Shown piece by piece: positions 18,114 to 27,114 of a stretch of DNA of 64,000 nucleotides. The stretch lies in assembly GCA_963727805.1 (NCBI GenBank), contig CAVSHF010000003.1:224001-288000 (forward strand), written 5' to 3'. Source of the DNA: an uncultured Nitrospiraceae bacterium (GTDB taxonomy: Bacteria > Nitrospirota > Thermodesulfovibrionia > Thermodesulfovibrionales > Dissulfurispiraceae). Position numbers and translations under genes: made by a program. The notes beneath the pieces were generated by a model. The model saw nothing but the letters and a program-made list of their open reading frames with translations, made no database searches and was not told where the DNA came from. The number at the start of each line of letters is the position of its first letter. Positions within the stretch are counted from its first letter, which is position 1.

Positions 18114-19898
18114 ATGGCCGACGAGATGGAAGAAATTATAAGCGAGTTTGTCACCGAGGCAGAGGAGACGCTCGAAAAGATCGACCCGATGTTCGTTGAT
18201 CTCGAGACGAGAGGGTACGATAAGGAAATTCTTAACGAGATATTCCGGGGTATGCATACTCTGAAGGGCGCTGCTGGCTTCCTCGGATTTCAGCCCATCG
18301 TTGATGTCGCCCACAGAGCCGAGAGTATCATGAAAAGGCTTCGCGACGGCGATATGACCCTCACACGGAATATAATGGATTCTATCCTTAAAAGTGTCGA
18401 TATGCTGCGCCTCCTTATCGTTCATATCAGCGCAAAGGACAATGTCGAGGAGCACATCGCACCGCTTCTGCAGGAACTTGACTCGGTGATCATTTCTCAG
18501 GCAGAACCGGCAATAGGGATCGACCTCGAAACTGAGGCAGAGGTTGCACCCGAAATGCAGGTGCCGGCTGAAGAATTTACTGAAGTTGGACCCGACAGAG
18601 CGGAAACTCCTCCATCTTCGTCCACACGAGAATCTGCCGCTCCGGCCGCGGCCGAAGAGCAGGTACAGCAGGTAAGTAAAGAGAGGGAGGTCGTATCGAC
18701 CCTGAGGGTTGATATAAGTAGGATCGACAAGGTAATGGATCTCGCGGGAGAGATTGTGCTCGCCCGGAATCGGCTCCTCAACCTGGCAATGAAGCTTGAA
18801 CTCTCCCATTCCGGTGACGAAAATGTTGAAAGTCTCCTCGAGACGACGAGTTTTCTGGACAGGGTGACCTCTGACCTGCAGCTTGCCGTCATGAAGATCA
18901 GGATGCAGCCCATACAAAAGGTTTTTTCCCGATTCCCTCGCATGGTCAGGGATCTCTCAAGGAACATTGGCAAGGAGATTGACCTGGAGATATTCGGAGA
19001 GGAGACCGAGGTAGACAAGAGCGTTAACGAAAATATCGGTGATCCCCTCATCCACATTGTTAGGAACTCGGTTGATCACGGTATTGAATTTGCAGAAGAA
19101 CGAGAGAACAAGGGAAAGCACCGCAAGGGAAGGATCATTATAAGCGCTTATCAGAAGGGCACTCAGATCGTCATCGAGGTGTCGGATGATGGTAAAGGGA
19201 TAGATGTCGAAGCTGTAAAGCGGAAGGCCCTTAAACAAGGTATTGTTACTGAAGAAGAAATCGCCAAGATGCCTGATGAAACGGCAATCAACCTCATCTT
19301 CCTGCCTGGTTTCTCAACAAAAGAGGTGTCGACGGAATTGAGCGGTCGCGGTGTGGGCATGGATGTTGTGAAGACGAATGTCAGCAAACTCAACGGCTAT
19401 GTCGAGGTAGTGACCAAGAAGGACCAGGGAAGCACCTTTAGAATAAGTCTTCCCCTGACACTGGCCATCATTCAGGCGATGATGGTCAGAATCGGCAACG
19501 AATACTACGCTCTCCCACAGTCGATGATTGAAGAGACGCTAAGGGTCAAAAACAGCGATATCAAGGACGTAGGGGGGCAGCGCGTTCTCACCATTCGGGG
19601 TAAGGTCCTGCCGGTTTTCAGTATGTCCGAAACCCTCGGTGTGAGGGCTAGGGGGGAGAAGCGGCATGACAATAGTTACGTCCTTGTAGCTTCAGTTGCG
19701 GAAAGACGGTTTTGCATTACTGTCGATGAATTGCTCGGTCAGGAAGAGATTGTAATCAAGACAATCAACGGGGTCGACTCGGAAGAATGCGGCATCCTTG
19801 GCGCAACTATAACCGGTGATGGGAAGGTTGTACTCATCCTTGATCTCGCTATCACAGCGAGGAAAATATTTATCTCCAAGGCAGGTAAAAAGGCCTAG
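18114..19898 (+). CDS. cheA: Chemotaxis histidine kinase CheA (no recognisable P2 domain)
   Basis: Hpt IFRGMHTLKG, acidic linker, dimerisation domain, HATPase (RNSVDHG, DDGKG, GRGVGMDVV), CheW-like P5. Confidence 0.97.
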   Translation: MADEMEEIISEFVTEAEETLEKIDPMFVDLETRGYDKEILNEIFRGMHTLKGAAGFLGFQPIVDVAHRAESIMKRLRDGDMTLTRNIMDSILKSVDMLRLLIVHISAKDNVEEHIAPLLQELDSVIISQAEPAIGIDLETEAEVAPEMQVPAEEFTEVGPDRAETPPSSSTRESAAPAAAEEQVQQVSKEREVVSTLRVDISRIDKVMDLAGEIVLARNRLLNLAMKLELSHSGDENVESLLETTSFLDRVTSDLQLAVMKIRMQPIQKVFSRFPRMVRDLSRNIGKEIDLEIFGEETEVDKSVNENIGDPLIHIVRNSVDHGIEFAEERENKGKHRKGRIIISAYQKGTQIVIEVSDDGKGIDVEAVKRKALKQGIVTEEEIAKMPDETAINLIFLPGFSTKEVSTELSGRGVGMDVVKTNVSKLNGYVEVVTKKDQGSTFRISLPLTLAIIQAMMVRIGNEYYALPQSMIEETLRVKNSDIKDVGGQRVLTIRGKVLPVFSMSETLGVRARGEKRHDNSYVLVASVAERRFCITVDELLGQEEIVIKTINGVDSEECGILGATITGDGKVVLILDLAITARKIFISKAGKKA

Positions 19899-19929
19899 AG
19901 GATTTTGCAGAGGAATGCAAGGAGGATAG

Positions 19930-21129
19930 ATGCAATTTATCGGTTTTATGATGAACGGTAGTGAATATACAATTCCTATATTGAAAGTGCAGGAGATCGT
20001 CAACCTGCCTCACGTGACCAAGCTGCCGCAGGCCCCCGATTATCTTGAGGGCGTTACGAATCTGCGGGGGAAGATAATTCCGATCATCAATCTGAAAAAA
20101 ATGGTTGGGCTTCAAAGCGAGAGCGCCGGAGAAAAAGTGATCGTCATTTCGAGCGGACGGATCACCTTTGGAGTCCTCGTTGACGGTATCACCGGGGTCG
20201 TATCGATCGAGGAGAGTGAGATTGAGCCGGCGGCGAATTTCATGAATACCCAGATTGAGCAGATAGAGGGAGTGGCCCGTATCAATGACAGGCTAATTGT
20301 CCTGCTCGATACCAAAAAGCTTATTCCTCTTGAGGATGTCGGGCTGTTCGAAGACAATGTCTTTGAGGTGACCGACACGGGGGATAATAAGGTCGAGGTT
20401 GTGAGAACCGTTCAAGGGATGGGCGGACAGATACTGGTAAAAGAGGTGGTTGATGCCAAGGACTATTTTGAAAAAAATAGCCCTCCTCCGGGCGATCCAC
20501 GCAATGAAATATATGGTAAGGTCATGGAATTCATGGACGCCGTTGCAACCCAGGACTTTGAAAAAGCCGATGGATTAATTCAGAGCATTGCATCTAGCCA
20601 GGGGCAGACTGGTCAGGTCGATCTTTTCAAGCAGGTCGGCAAAGTAACCCGGAAACTCCATGATTCGATCAAGAGTTTCAAGGAGGCACTTGATCCACGG
20701 CTGAAGGACATGGCGATGACGGATATGCCGAGTGCTATCGATAAATTGCAATTCGTGATTGAAAAGACTGAGGATGCGGCAAATAAGACGATGGGCATAG
20801 TGGAAAAATACATCCTGTTCATGGACGACCTTTCCATGCACATCCGCAATATCAAGGAGCCTCAGGAGTCGGTCGAATACCTGAAAAAATTCAAAAATGG
20901 CCTCGAAGATGATCTAACGGAGATCTTGACAACGCAATCGTTTCAGGACCTGACGGGTCAGACTCTGAAAAAAGTGATTACCCTGGTGGGTGATATCGAA
21001 GAGGAGCTTGTGGGCCTGATTGCAAGTTTCGGTTTTAAAACAGAGAGCAGGGGGAAAGCTGAAGCGGTTGCCGCTGAAAACGTATCTCAGGAAGGAGTAG
21101 ATGACCTGTTAAAGGACTTCGGTTTTTAG
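19930..21129 (+). CDS. Fused CheW-CheZ protein
   Basis: N-terminal CheW (VQEI..LPQAPDYLEGVTNLRGKIIP); C-terminal CheZ (TEDAANKTM, QSFQDLTGQ, SQEGVDDLLKDFGF). Confidence 0.88.
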   Translation: MQFIGFMMNGSEYTIPILKVQEIVNLPHVTKLPQAPDYLEGVTNLRGKIIPIINLKKMVGLQSESAGEKVIVISSGRITFGVLVDGITGVVSIEESEIEPAANFMNTQIEQIEGVARINDRLIVLLDTKKLIPLEDVGLFEDNVFEVTDTGDNKVEVVRTVQGMGGQILVKEVVDAKDYFEKNSPPPGDPRNEIYGKVMEFMDAVATQDFEKADGLIQSIASSQGQTGQVDLFKQVGKVTRKLHDSIKSFKEALDPRLKDMAMTDMPSAIDKLQFVIEKTEDAANKTMGIVEKYILFMDDLSMHIRNIKEPQESVEYLKKFKNGLEDDLTEILTTQSFQDLTGQTLKKVITLVGDIEEELVGLIASFGFKTESRGKAEAVAAENVSQEGVDDLLKDFGF

Positions 21130-21173
21130 AATATTCTCATTTACTGGGGTCATAAGCAAAACGAGGTAAAACA

Positions 21174-22238
21174 ATGGTTAAAATTCTCATCGTCGATGAC
21201 TCTGCCTTTATGAGAAATGCTCTCACGAGCATGCTTTCTACTGATCCTGAAATATCAATTGTCGGGACTGCCCGGGACGGTATGGAGGCTATTGATAAAA
21301 TTGCGAGCCTGAAGCCTGATGTCGTTACGATGGATGTTGAAATGCCTCGGATGGATGGTATCACGGCATTGAAGCATATTATGATGAAGACCCCCGTGCC
21401 TGTTATCATGGTGAGTTCTCTGACGACCGACGGGGCGAAAGTTACCCTTGATGCCCTTGACTTGGGTGCCGTTGATTTTATACCTAAAAATCTTTCCGAT
21501 CTGTCGGTAAATATCGTTAAGATCAAGGAAGTCCTACTCGACAAGATAAAACAGATAGCGAAAAGGGGACCCATGAGAAGGCCGGTCAGGCCGATCGATA
21601 AAGCTTCTATCGAATCGAAAGTGCGCGAAATGCACCTGGCCATGCCCCAGAGGGCGACTGGAGAACGAAAGACCAGCGTCGTCGCCATCGGCACATCGAC
21701 CGGCGGTCCCAGGGCACTCCAAGAGATTATAACGCTTCTCCCAAAAGATTTTTCGGTACCGATCGTGATAGCCCAGCATATGCCTCCGAGTTTTACCGGA
21801 CCCTTTGCTGAGAGACTTAACCAACTGAGTAAAATCGAAGTGAGGGAGGCTTCGGAAGGGGATCTATTGAAACCGGGCCTTGTCCTTATCGCGCCTGGAC
21901 GTGGACACATGAAAGTTGTGAAGAAACGCACTCTCGAAACGGTTGTGACGATATCTGAAAACAGGGAAGAATTTACCTACCGGCCTTCAGTTGACGCACT
22001 AGTGTCATCTATAGCAGAATGCTATCCGGGGAGGGCGCTTGGGGTTATTCTGACCGGAATGGGGAACGACGGATTGAAGGGCATGACTGAGTTGAAAAAG
22101 ACCGGTGGCAGGATCTTCGCGCAGAATGAACAGACGTGTGTCGTCTATGGTATGCCAAAGGCGGTGGTCGATGCCGGTATCGCGGACAAAGTCCTTTCTC
22201 TTGAGGAGATGGCAGGCGAAATCATAAATGCCGTATAA
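21174..22238 (+). CDS. cheB: Chemotaxis methylesterase CheB
   Basis: Receiver domain plus GTSTGGP, QHMP, RPSVD, LTGMGNDG. Confidence 0.97.
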   Translation: MVKILIVDDSAFMRNALTSMLSTDPEISIVGTARDGMEAIDKIASLKPDVVTMDVEMPRMDGITALKHIMMKTPVPVIMVSSLTTDGAKVTLDALDLGAVDFIPKNLSDLSVNIVKIKEVLLDKIKQIAKRGPMRRPVRPIDKASIESKVREMHLAMPQRATGERKTSVVAIGTSTGGPRALQEIITLLPKDFSVPIVIAQHMPPSFTGPFAERLNQLSKIEVREASEGDLLKPGLVLIAPGRGHMKVVKKRTLETVVTISENREEFTYRPSVDALVSSIAECYPGRALGVILTGMGNDGLKGMTELKKTGGRIFAQNEQTCVVYGMPKAVVDAGIADKVLSLEEMAGEIINAV

Positions 22239-22316
22239 TATGTGATGAGTGCTGCATAGCGTGTAAAAATCCTGAAGATGCCAGTAGAAGGAATATAATA
22301 GAGGGGGGTAAGCAAA

Positions 22317-23153
22317 ATGCAGAGTGATTTGGAAAAGATTATACTTGATACTATAGACATCCCGAGTCTTCCCACGGTTGCGGTTAAGGCTCTCGAACTT
22401 ATCAACTCCGACAGTTCTTCAATTGACGAACTGGAAAAGATCATTTCCAGAGATCAGTCTTTTTCGGCCCGCTTGCTCAGGATCGCCAATTCCCCTTATT
22501 ACGGCATGAACCGCCGCATCGATACCATTTCGAGCGGTGTCATGCTCATCGGGTTTAATACCATGAAGTCGCTGGTGGTTGCGGCATCACTGAAAGATAT
22601 GCATCGCAAATTTGGCCTCTTTGAGCAGAAACTTTGGGAGCACAGTCTCGGTGTTTCCGTCGCATCTTCCCTGCTTGCCAGAGTGTCGAAACTGGCACAG
22701 CCTGAAGAAGCCCTTGTGGCGGGCCTTATCCATGATGTCGGAAAGACGATACTCAACAACAGCATTCCCGACAAATATGCCCTAATCACGCAGAAAGTAT
22801 ATGAGGAGGGTACGCAGTATAAGGATGTGGAGACGGAACTGCTGGGATATACTCATTGCGATGTGGGCGGATTGATTGCACGCAAATGGAAGCTTCCGAA
22901 AAACCTCGAGATTGTAATTCAATATCACCATTCCGAAACGCTCCCCACTTTTGAAGATAGCTCCTTTGAATCGCTCTGCCAGATAGTCAATGTTGCCGAC
23001 TCTATCTGCCTGAGTCAGTCTATAGGAATGAAAGGTCCTGAGAATATTAAGGTGCACTATTCTAATCTCGGGTTTGGAGAGGCTGGATATAACAAGGTTC
23101 TTGATCTGTTTAAAACGACATACGCGGAGCAGAAAGCAGCGCTTATGGCGTAA
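22317..23153 (+). CDS. HDOD domain protein
   Basis: IPSLP, LLRIANSPYYG, WEHS, AGLIHDVGK, W.LP...I.YHH. Confidence 0.92.
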   Translation: MQSDLEKIILDTIDIPSLPTVAVKALELINSDSSSIDELEKIISRDQSFSARLLRIANSPYYGMNRRIDTISSGVMLIGFNTMKSLVVAASLKDMHRKFGLFEQKLWEHSLGVSVASSLLARVSKLAQPEEALVAGLIHDVGKTILNNSIPDKYALITQKVYEEGTQYKDVETELLGYTHCDVGGLIARKWKLPKNLEIVIQYHHSETLPTFEDSSFESLCQIVNVADSICLSQSIGMKGPENIKVHYSNLGFGEAGYNKVLDLFKTTYAEQKAALMA

Positions 23154-23202
23154 CAATCAGCGGGGAATTATCACGATATGGCTTCGTGCAATTGTGAGTT
23201 GA

Positions 23203-23229
23203 TAAAGTATTTGTTATTTTGCCCGATAG
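23203..23229 (+). promoter_or_regulatory. sigma28 promoter
   Basis: TAAA-N15-CCCGATAG ending 6 nt before ATG 23236. Confidence 0.7.
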
Positions 23230-23235
23230 AAAAGT

Positions 23236-23430
23236 ATGGCTGATGATAACGGCTTGAAACAGATTTATGGAATCCCTGGCGTAATCGGGATTCGTCCGGG
23301 CTATGTGTTTGCCAAGATGCGACCCAGGAAGAGGCAGGAAAAGAAAAAGAAGGAATTTGCCGAAGAGTTTAGGAAAGCCTCTGTAGAGCCGGAAGAGGAA
23401 GAACAAAAAGGAATCGACATAGAGGTATAA
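23236..23430 (+). CDS. Small hypothetical flagellar-regulon protein (64 aa)
   Basis: Directly behind a sigma28 promoter; highly charged; C-terminus KGIDIEV. Confidence 0.65.
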   Translation: MADDNGLKQIYGIPGVIGIRPGYVFAKMRPRKRQEKKKKEFAEEFRKASVEPEEEEQKGIDIEV

Positions 23431-23455
23431 AGTTCCCACCGAGGAAAAATTTTCC
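23424..23455. promoter_or_regulatory. Paired 13-bp boxes, candidate enhancer for the flgF promoter
   Basis: GGTATAAAGTTCC and GGAAAAATTTTCC, 19 bp apart; resemble 1333-1365. Confidence 0.5.
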
Positions 23456-23503
23456 ATGTAGCTTGTTCGTCGGAGAAGCAAATTTCAGTCAGAAATCAAT
23501 AAA

Positions 23504-23593
23504 TACTAAGACGGCCATTCGTAAGAACATGATCCCTTGTTCACGGCCCTCCACAAGTAGTTGAATATACAGTTATTTGGAGCCGTTTTAGTA
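23504..23593. repeat. 90-bp element with 12-bp terminal inverted repeats (MITE-like or structured RNA)
   Basis: TACTAAGACGGC ... GCCGTTTTAGTA (one mismatch/GU pair) with internal hairpins. Confidence 0.4.
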
Positions 23594-23682
23594 ATAGACA
23601 TCAGCCGCTAAATGTTGCACGTTTCGTTCTGATTGCCTTTCAGCTAATTCCTTTTTCAAGCCCTCCTCCTAAAAATCGTTTC

Positions 23683-23698
23683 AGGCATCAATATTGCT
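23683..23698 (+). promoter_or_regulatory. sigma54 promoter of the flgF operon
   Basis: AGGCAT-CAATA-TTGCT (GG-N10-GC), 32 nt before ATG. Confidence 0.8.
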
Positions 23699-23730
23699 TT
23701 ATTACTTTTCAGTAGAATGGAGGAGCCGGC

Positions 23731-24459
23731 ATGTATAGAGGGATTTATGTTGCAATGACAGGTTCGACGCTCAAGTTGACGGAGCTTGACAACATCGCTA
23801 ACAACATTTCCAATGTCAACACACACGGATATAAAAGAACATCTTTCGCAACACGTCTGTATCCTCTTACTGAAGGTCTTGCCCAAACTCAACCATCGGT
23901 GTATCCTGATGCCCGGGCAATGGCAAGCAATGGGAAACTTATAATTGACCATATGCAGGGGACTATACAGAACACGGGTACTGCCACAGATCTGTCTATC
24001 AGTGGTGATGGCTACTTTGTTTTAGATGTGAAAGGAACGCAAAATTTTACGCGCAACGGTTCATTCACTATTGACAAGGATGGGTTCCTCGTCAGCAGTG
24101 ATGGATACAAGGTCCTTGGCATGACAGACAAACCGATCAATCTGGGCAAAGAAACAAAGGCTGCTCCTGTCATAGCTGCTGACGGGACCGTCTCCGTCGA
24201 AGATAACCCTGTAGGGCAAATTAAGATCGTTAAGATTAAAGACGCTCAAAACATGTCAAATTCACTGTTTTCCGGAAAGAGTGATGGACCTGCCAAGGGT
24301 GAGATTAAACAGGGTACCATCGAACGATCTAACGTCAATCCCATGCAGGAGCTTGTGGCTATGATTACAGCCCAGAGGAGTTTCGACTCGATTCAGCAGG
24401 TGATAAAAACTTTCGATCAGCTTGCCTCAAGGGCAAACACTGAAATAGCGAAGGTCTGA
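23731..24459 (+). CDS. flgF: Flagellar rod protein FlgF
   Basis: MYRGIY..ANNISNVNT.GYK, TRNGSF, ERSNVN; precedes flgG. Confidence 0.92.
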   Translation: MYRGIYVAMTGSTLKLTELDNIANNISNVNTHGYKRTSFATRLYPLTEGLAQTQPSVYPDARAMASNGKLIIDHMQGTIQNTGTATDLSISGDGYFVLDVKGTQNFTRNGSFTIDKDGFLVSSDGYKVLGMTDKPINLGKETKAAPVIAADGTVSVEDNPVGQIKIVKIKDAQNMSNSLFSGKSDGPAKGEIKQGTIERSNVNPMQELVAMITAQRSFDSIQQVIKTFDQLASRANTEIAKV

Positions 24460-24506
24460 GCATCAATGGTAATTAAAAAAGTGGAATTTAAAAAGGAGGT
24501 CTCGAA

Positions 24507-25295
24507 ATGATCAGGGCGCTTTTCACTGCAGCAAGCGGTATGTCAGCCCAGCAGATGAATGTGGATGTAATCTCAAACAATATAGCCAATGTCAACACTA
24601 TAGGTTTTAAGGGTAGCAGGCCGAATTTCCAAGATCTTTTTTCACAGACTACGTCAGCTCCAGGGACCGCAGCAACGCAAAGCACGACAATCCCAACAGG
24701 GATGCAATTAGGGCTTGGCGTCAGACCAGCGTCCATTGGTAAGCTGTTTACTCAAGGCGATTATAGCTCGACAGGCAACTCCCTCGATCTCGCCATTCAG
24801 GGGCAAGGATTCTTCCAGGTGACAATGCCTGATGGGACAATTAATTACACAAGAGCCGGCAATTTCAATATGGATAAAGATGGAAGAATCGTCACCTCTG
24901 ACGGCAACCCACTTGAACCTGCAATCACTATCCCTGCCAACTCGACGAGTATCACTGTTGGGACCGATGGGACCGTGTCAGTCGTGCAGGCAGGCAGTAC
25001 GGCGCCTGTGCAGGTCGGAACAATTGAACTCGCTAATTTTATGAACCCGGCCGGGCTTCAGGCCAACGGCCAAAATCTGTTCGTCAATACGGAAGCATCG
25101 GGGGATGCACAGACGAGCACTCCGGGCCTTCAGGGGCTGGGAACCATAAGTCAGGGGTTTCTTGAAAGTTCTAACGTCAACATTGTACAGGAATTGGCAA
25201 ACCTCATCACTGCCCAGAGAGCCTTCGAGATGAACTCAAAGGCCGTACAAACAGCAGACCAGATGCTCCAGAACATCAACTCAATGAAACAATAA
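24507..25295 (+). CDS. flgG: Flagellar distal rod protein FlgG
   Basis: MIRALFTAASGM.AQQ, FQDL, GMQLGLGVR, QRAFEMNSK. Confidence 0.97.
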   Translation: MIRALFTAASGMSAQQMNVDVISNNIANVNTIGFKGSRPNFQDLFSQTTSAPGTAATQSTTIPTGMQLGLGVRPASIGKLFTQGDYSSTGNSLDLAIQGQGFFQVTMPDGTINYTRAGNFNMDKDGRIVTSDGNPLEPAITIPANSTSITVGTDGTVSVVQAGSTAPVQVGTIELANFMNPAGLQANGQNLFVNTEASGDAQTSTPGLQGLGTISQGFLESSNVNIVQELANLITAQRAFEMNSKAVQTADQMLQNINSMKQ

Positions 25296-25299
25296 CGAT

Positions 25300-26016
25300 A
25301 TGAAAAGCTATCATCCTACAATAAAAATTCTTGTGCTAGCTTTAAGTCTTAGCCTTTGTGCCAGTGTGTGGGCGGGGACTGATGCTCTGTTTGACAAGGT
25401 ACAAACTGCGGTTAAAGCAAACTTGGCCAGTTCAGTGTCTGAAAAGGCTGAACTCGAGGAGCTTAGGATAATTAAAGGAGCCGAGTATTTCGGAAGTCCC
25501 TCGCACGACATGACCATCCAGAACATTTACATGGATGGGTACAGCGGCAAAAACAAGGTTATTTATGCCATCTACTTAAGAGACAGTTTATCGCAAACAG
25601 TAAACGTTGTCGTTGAGGCTTCATACGATGTTTTTGCCGATGTTTTTATGACAGCAAGACATTTGGTGAAAGGCGATGTGCTAACTCCGGATGACTACTA
25701 TACGGTAAGACAGAAGCTTTCAAAACTCCCTGTAGGAGCGATAACTGATAAAAACGAAGTTGAAGGGAAAATCCTCAAGGTTTCTCTCACAGACGGCGTT
25801 ATTCTGAGGTCAAACGTTGTTCTTTCTTCCTTGATGATGAAGAGAGGCAAAAAAGTGAACGTCCTTGTAGAGGGCGAAAATATTGTGATATCAGCAAAAG
25901 GGACTCTCCGCAGTGATACCGAAGTTGGAGACACTACAAATGTTCTTTGCGACCTGACAAAAAAAGAAATAAGTGGTGTGCTTGTGTCGTCGACACTGGT
26001 GAAGGTGAAGATATGA
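25300..26016 (+). CDS. flgA: P-ring assembly chaperone FlgA
   Basis: Signal peptide, SAF-like domain, KRGKKV..ISAKG; between flgG and flgH. Confidence 0.85.
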   Translation: MKSYHPTIKILVLALSLSLCASVWAGTDALFDKVQTAVKANLASSVSEKAELEELRIIKGAEYFGSPSHDMTIQNIYMDGYSGKNKVIYAIYLRDSLSQTVNVVVEASYDVFADVFMTARHLVKGDVLTPDDYYTVRQKLSKLPVGAITDKNEVEGKILKVSLTDGVILRSNVVLSSLMMKRGKKVNVLVEGENIVISAKGTLRSDTEVGDTTNVLCDLTKKEISGVLVSSTLVKVKI

Positions 26017-26735
26017 AAAATATCGTCCGTTATGCAGCCTGTGGCATTTTACTTGTTTCCCTTATCGGCTGTTCTGGGCTAAAGGATGCGAGAGAAATAA
26101 AAGCCGGGACCATGCCGGTCAAGTACATAGCCAACAAGGAAACCGAGCCGGCTGTTTCTGATGGATCACTTTGGCGTGACACCGCATCGTTATATGAGGA
26201 CAGAAAGGCACGGAGGGTCAATGACCTGCTGACCATCCTCATTACGGAGAATGCGACAGCCACCAACACGGCTTCCACTGATGCAAACCGCAGTTCAACC
26301 GCCAACTATGCCATTGCCAATCTGTTCGGTGCAAATACTGACTTCGGTATTCAAGGATTACCTCTTATTCAGAAAATGTACCCCGGGTTAAAGTTTACCC
26401 CAAGCGCTTCAGGCAGTTCGACATCTGCCTTTGCAGGTAAGGGCGATACAGCCAGGAAGGGAACCCTGACAGCTACCATTACTGCAAAGGTGGTAGAAGT
26501 TCTTCCTAATTCAAACATGGTAATCGAGTCACGCAAGGAAGTCATTGTCAATAATGATAAACAGATCATTGTTATACGAGGGATAGTTCGGCCTGAGGAC
26601 ATATCAACTGCCAATACGGTCATATCAGCAAATGTGGGCGATGCACAGATATACCTTGTGGGAGACGGCGTGCTTGACGATAAACAGTCTCAGGGTTGGC
26701 TAGTGCGTGCCCTGGACTCTGTTTGGCCTTTTTAA
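26013..26735 (+). CDS. flgH: Flagellar L-ring protein FlgH
   Basis: Lipobox LIGC after ATG 26013; GSLW, D.KARRVND.LTI.I.E, RGIVRPEDI, GWL..VWPF. Confidence 0.95.
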   Translation: MKNIVRYAACGILLVSLIGCSGLKDAREIKAGTMPVKYIANKETEPAVSDGSLWRDTASLYEDRKARRVNDLLTILITENATATNTASTDANRSSTANYAIANLFGANTDFGIQGLPLIQKMYPGLKFTPSASGSSTSAFAGKGDTARKGTLTATITAKVVEVLPNSNMVIESRKEVIVNNDKQIIVIRGIVRPEDISTANTVISANVGDAQIYLVGDGVLDDKQSQGWLVRALDSVWPF

Positions 26736-26754
26736 GGGGAACGAGGTGGAACGG

Positions 26755-27114
26755 ATGAATAGGGGTGAGATGACTGACATCTGGAACAAAGCGGTGGGCG
26801 TAGTGACGGAGATCTATTATGTTGCAGAAAAATACCCTGATAAAGAGCTGCCTGGATTCGCCAATCGCATGAAGAAGACAGCCTGCTTTATGGCCAACAG
26901 TATGGCCGAGGGAGCTTCTAAGAAAAACTTGGCAGATATCTTGCAATGTATTTCGGGATCGCAGAGAGCCGCGGCTGAACTGGCAAGGCAATTGCATAAA
27001 GCATCGAGCGTGAAGCATCTCGAAACAAAAGAGAAATTAATGGGAGAAATTGACGGAATATCCGACGCACTCCGCAAACTCTCATCCGGACGGAGGGTGA
27101 AAGACGAGGCATGA
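26755..27114 (+). CDS. Four-helix-bundle protein (23S rRNA-IVP / Avd-like family), divergent
   Basis: WNKA..EIY...YP..EL.G...M....MANSMAEG matches the family pattern W..A...IY...FP..E..GL..QM.R...SI..NIAEG. Confidence 0.7.
   Translation: MNRGEMTDIWNKAVGVVTEIYYVAEKYPDKELPGFANRMKKTACFMANSMAEGASKKNLADILQCISGSQRAAAELARQLHKASSVKHLETKEKLMGEIDGISDALRKLSSGRRVKDEA

Noticed and set aside
26755..27114. Avd-like gene as a sign of a diversity-generating retroelement
   Set aside because: No reverse transcriptase and no TR/VR repeat pair noticed in the window
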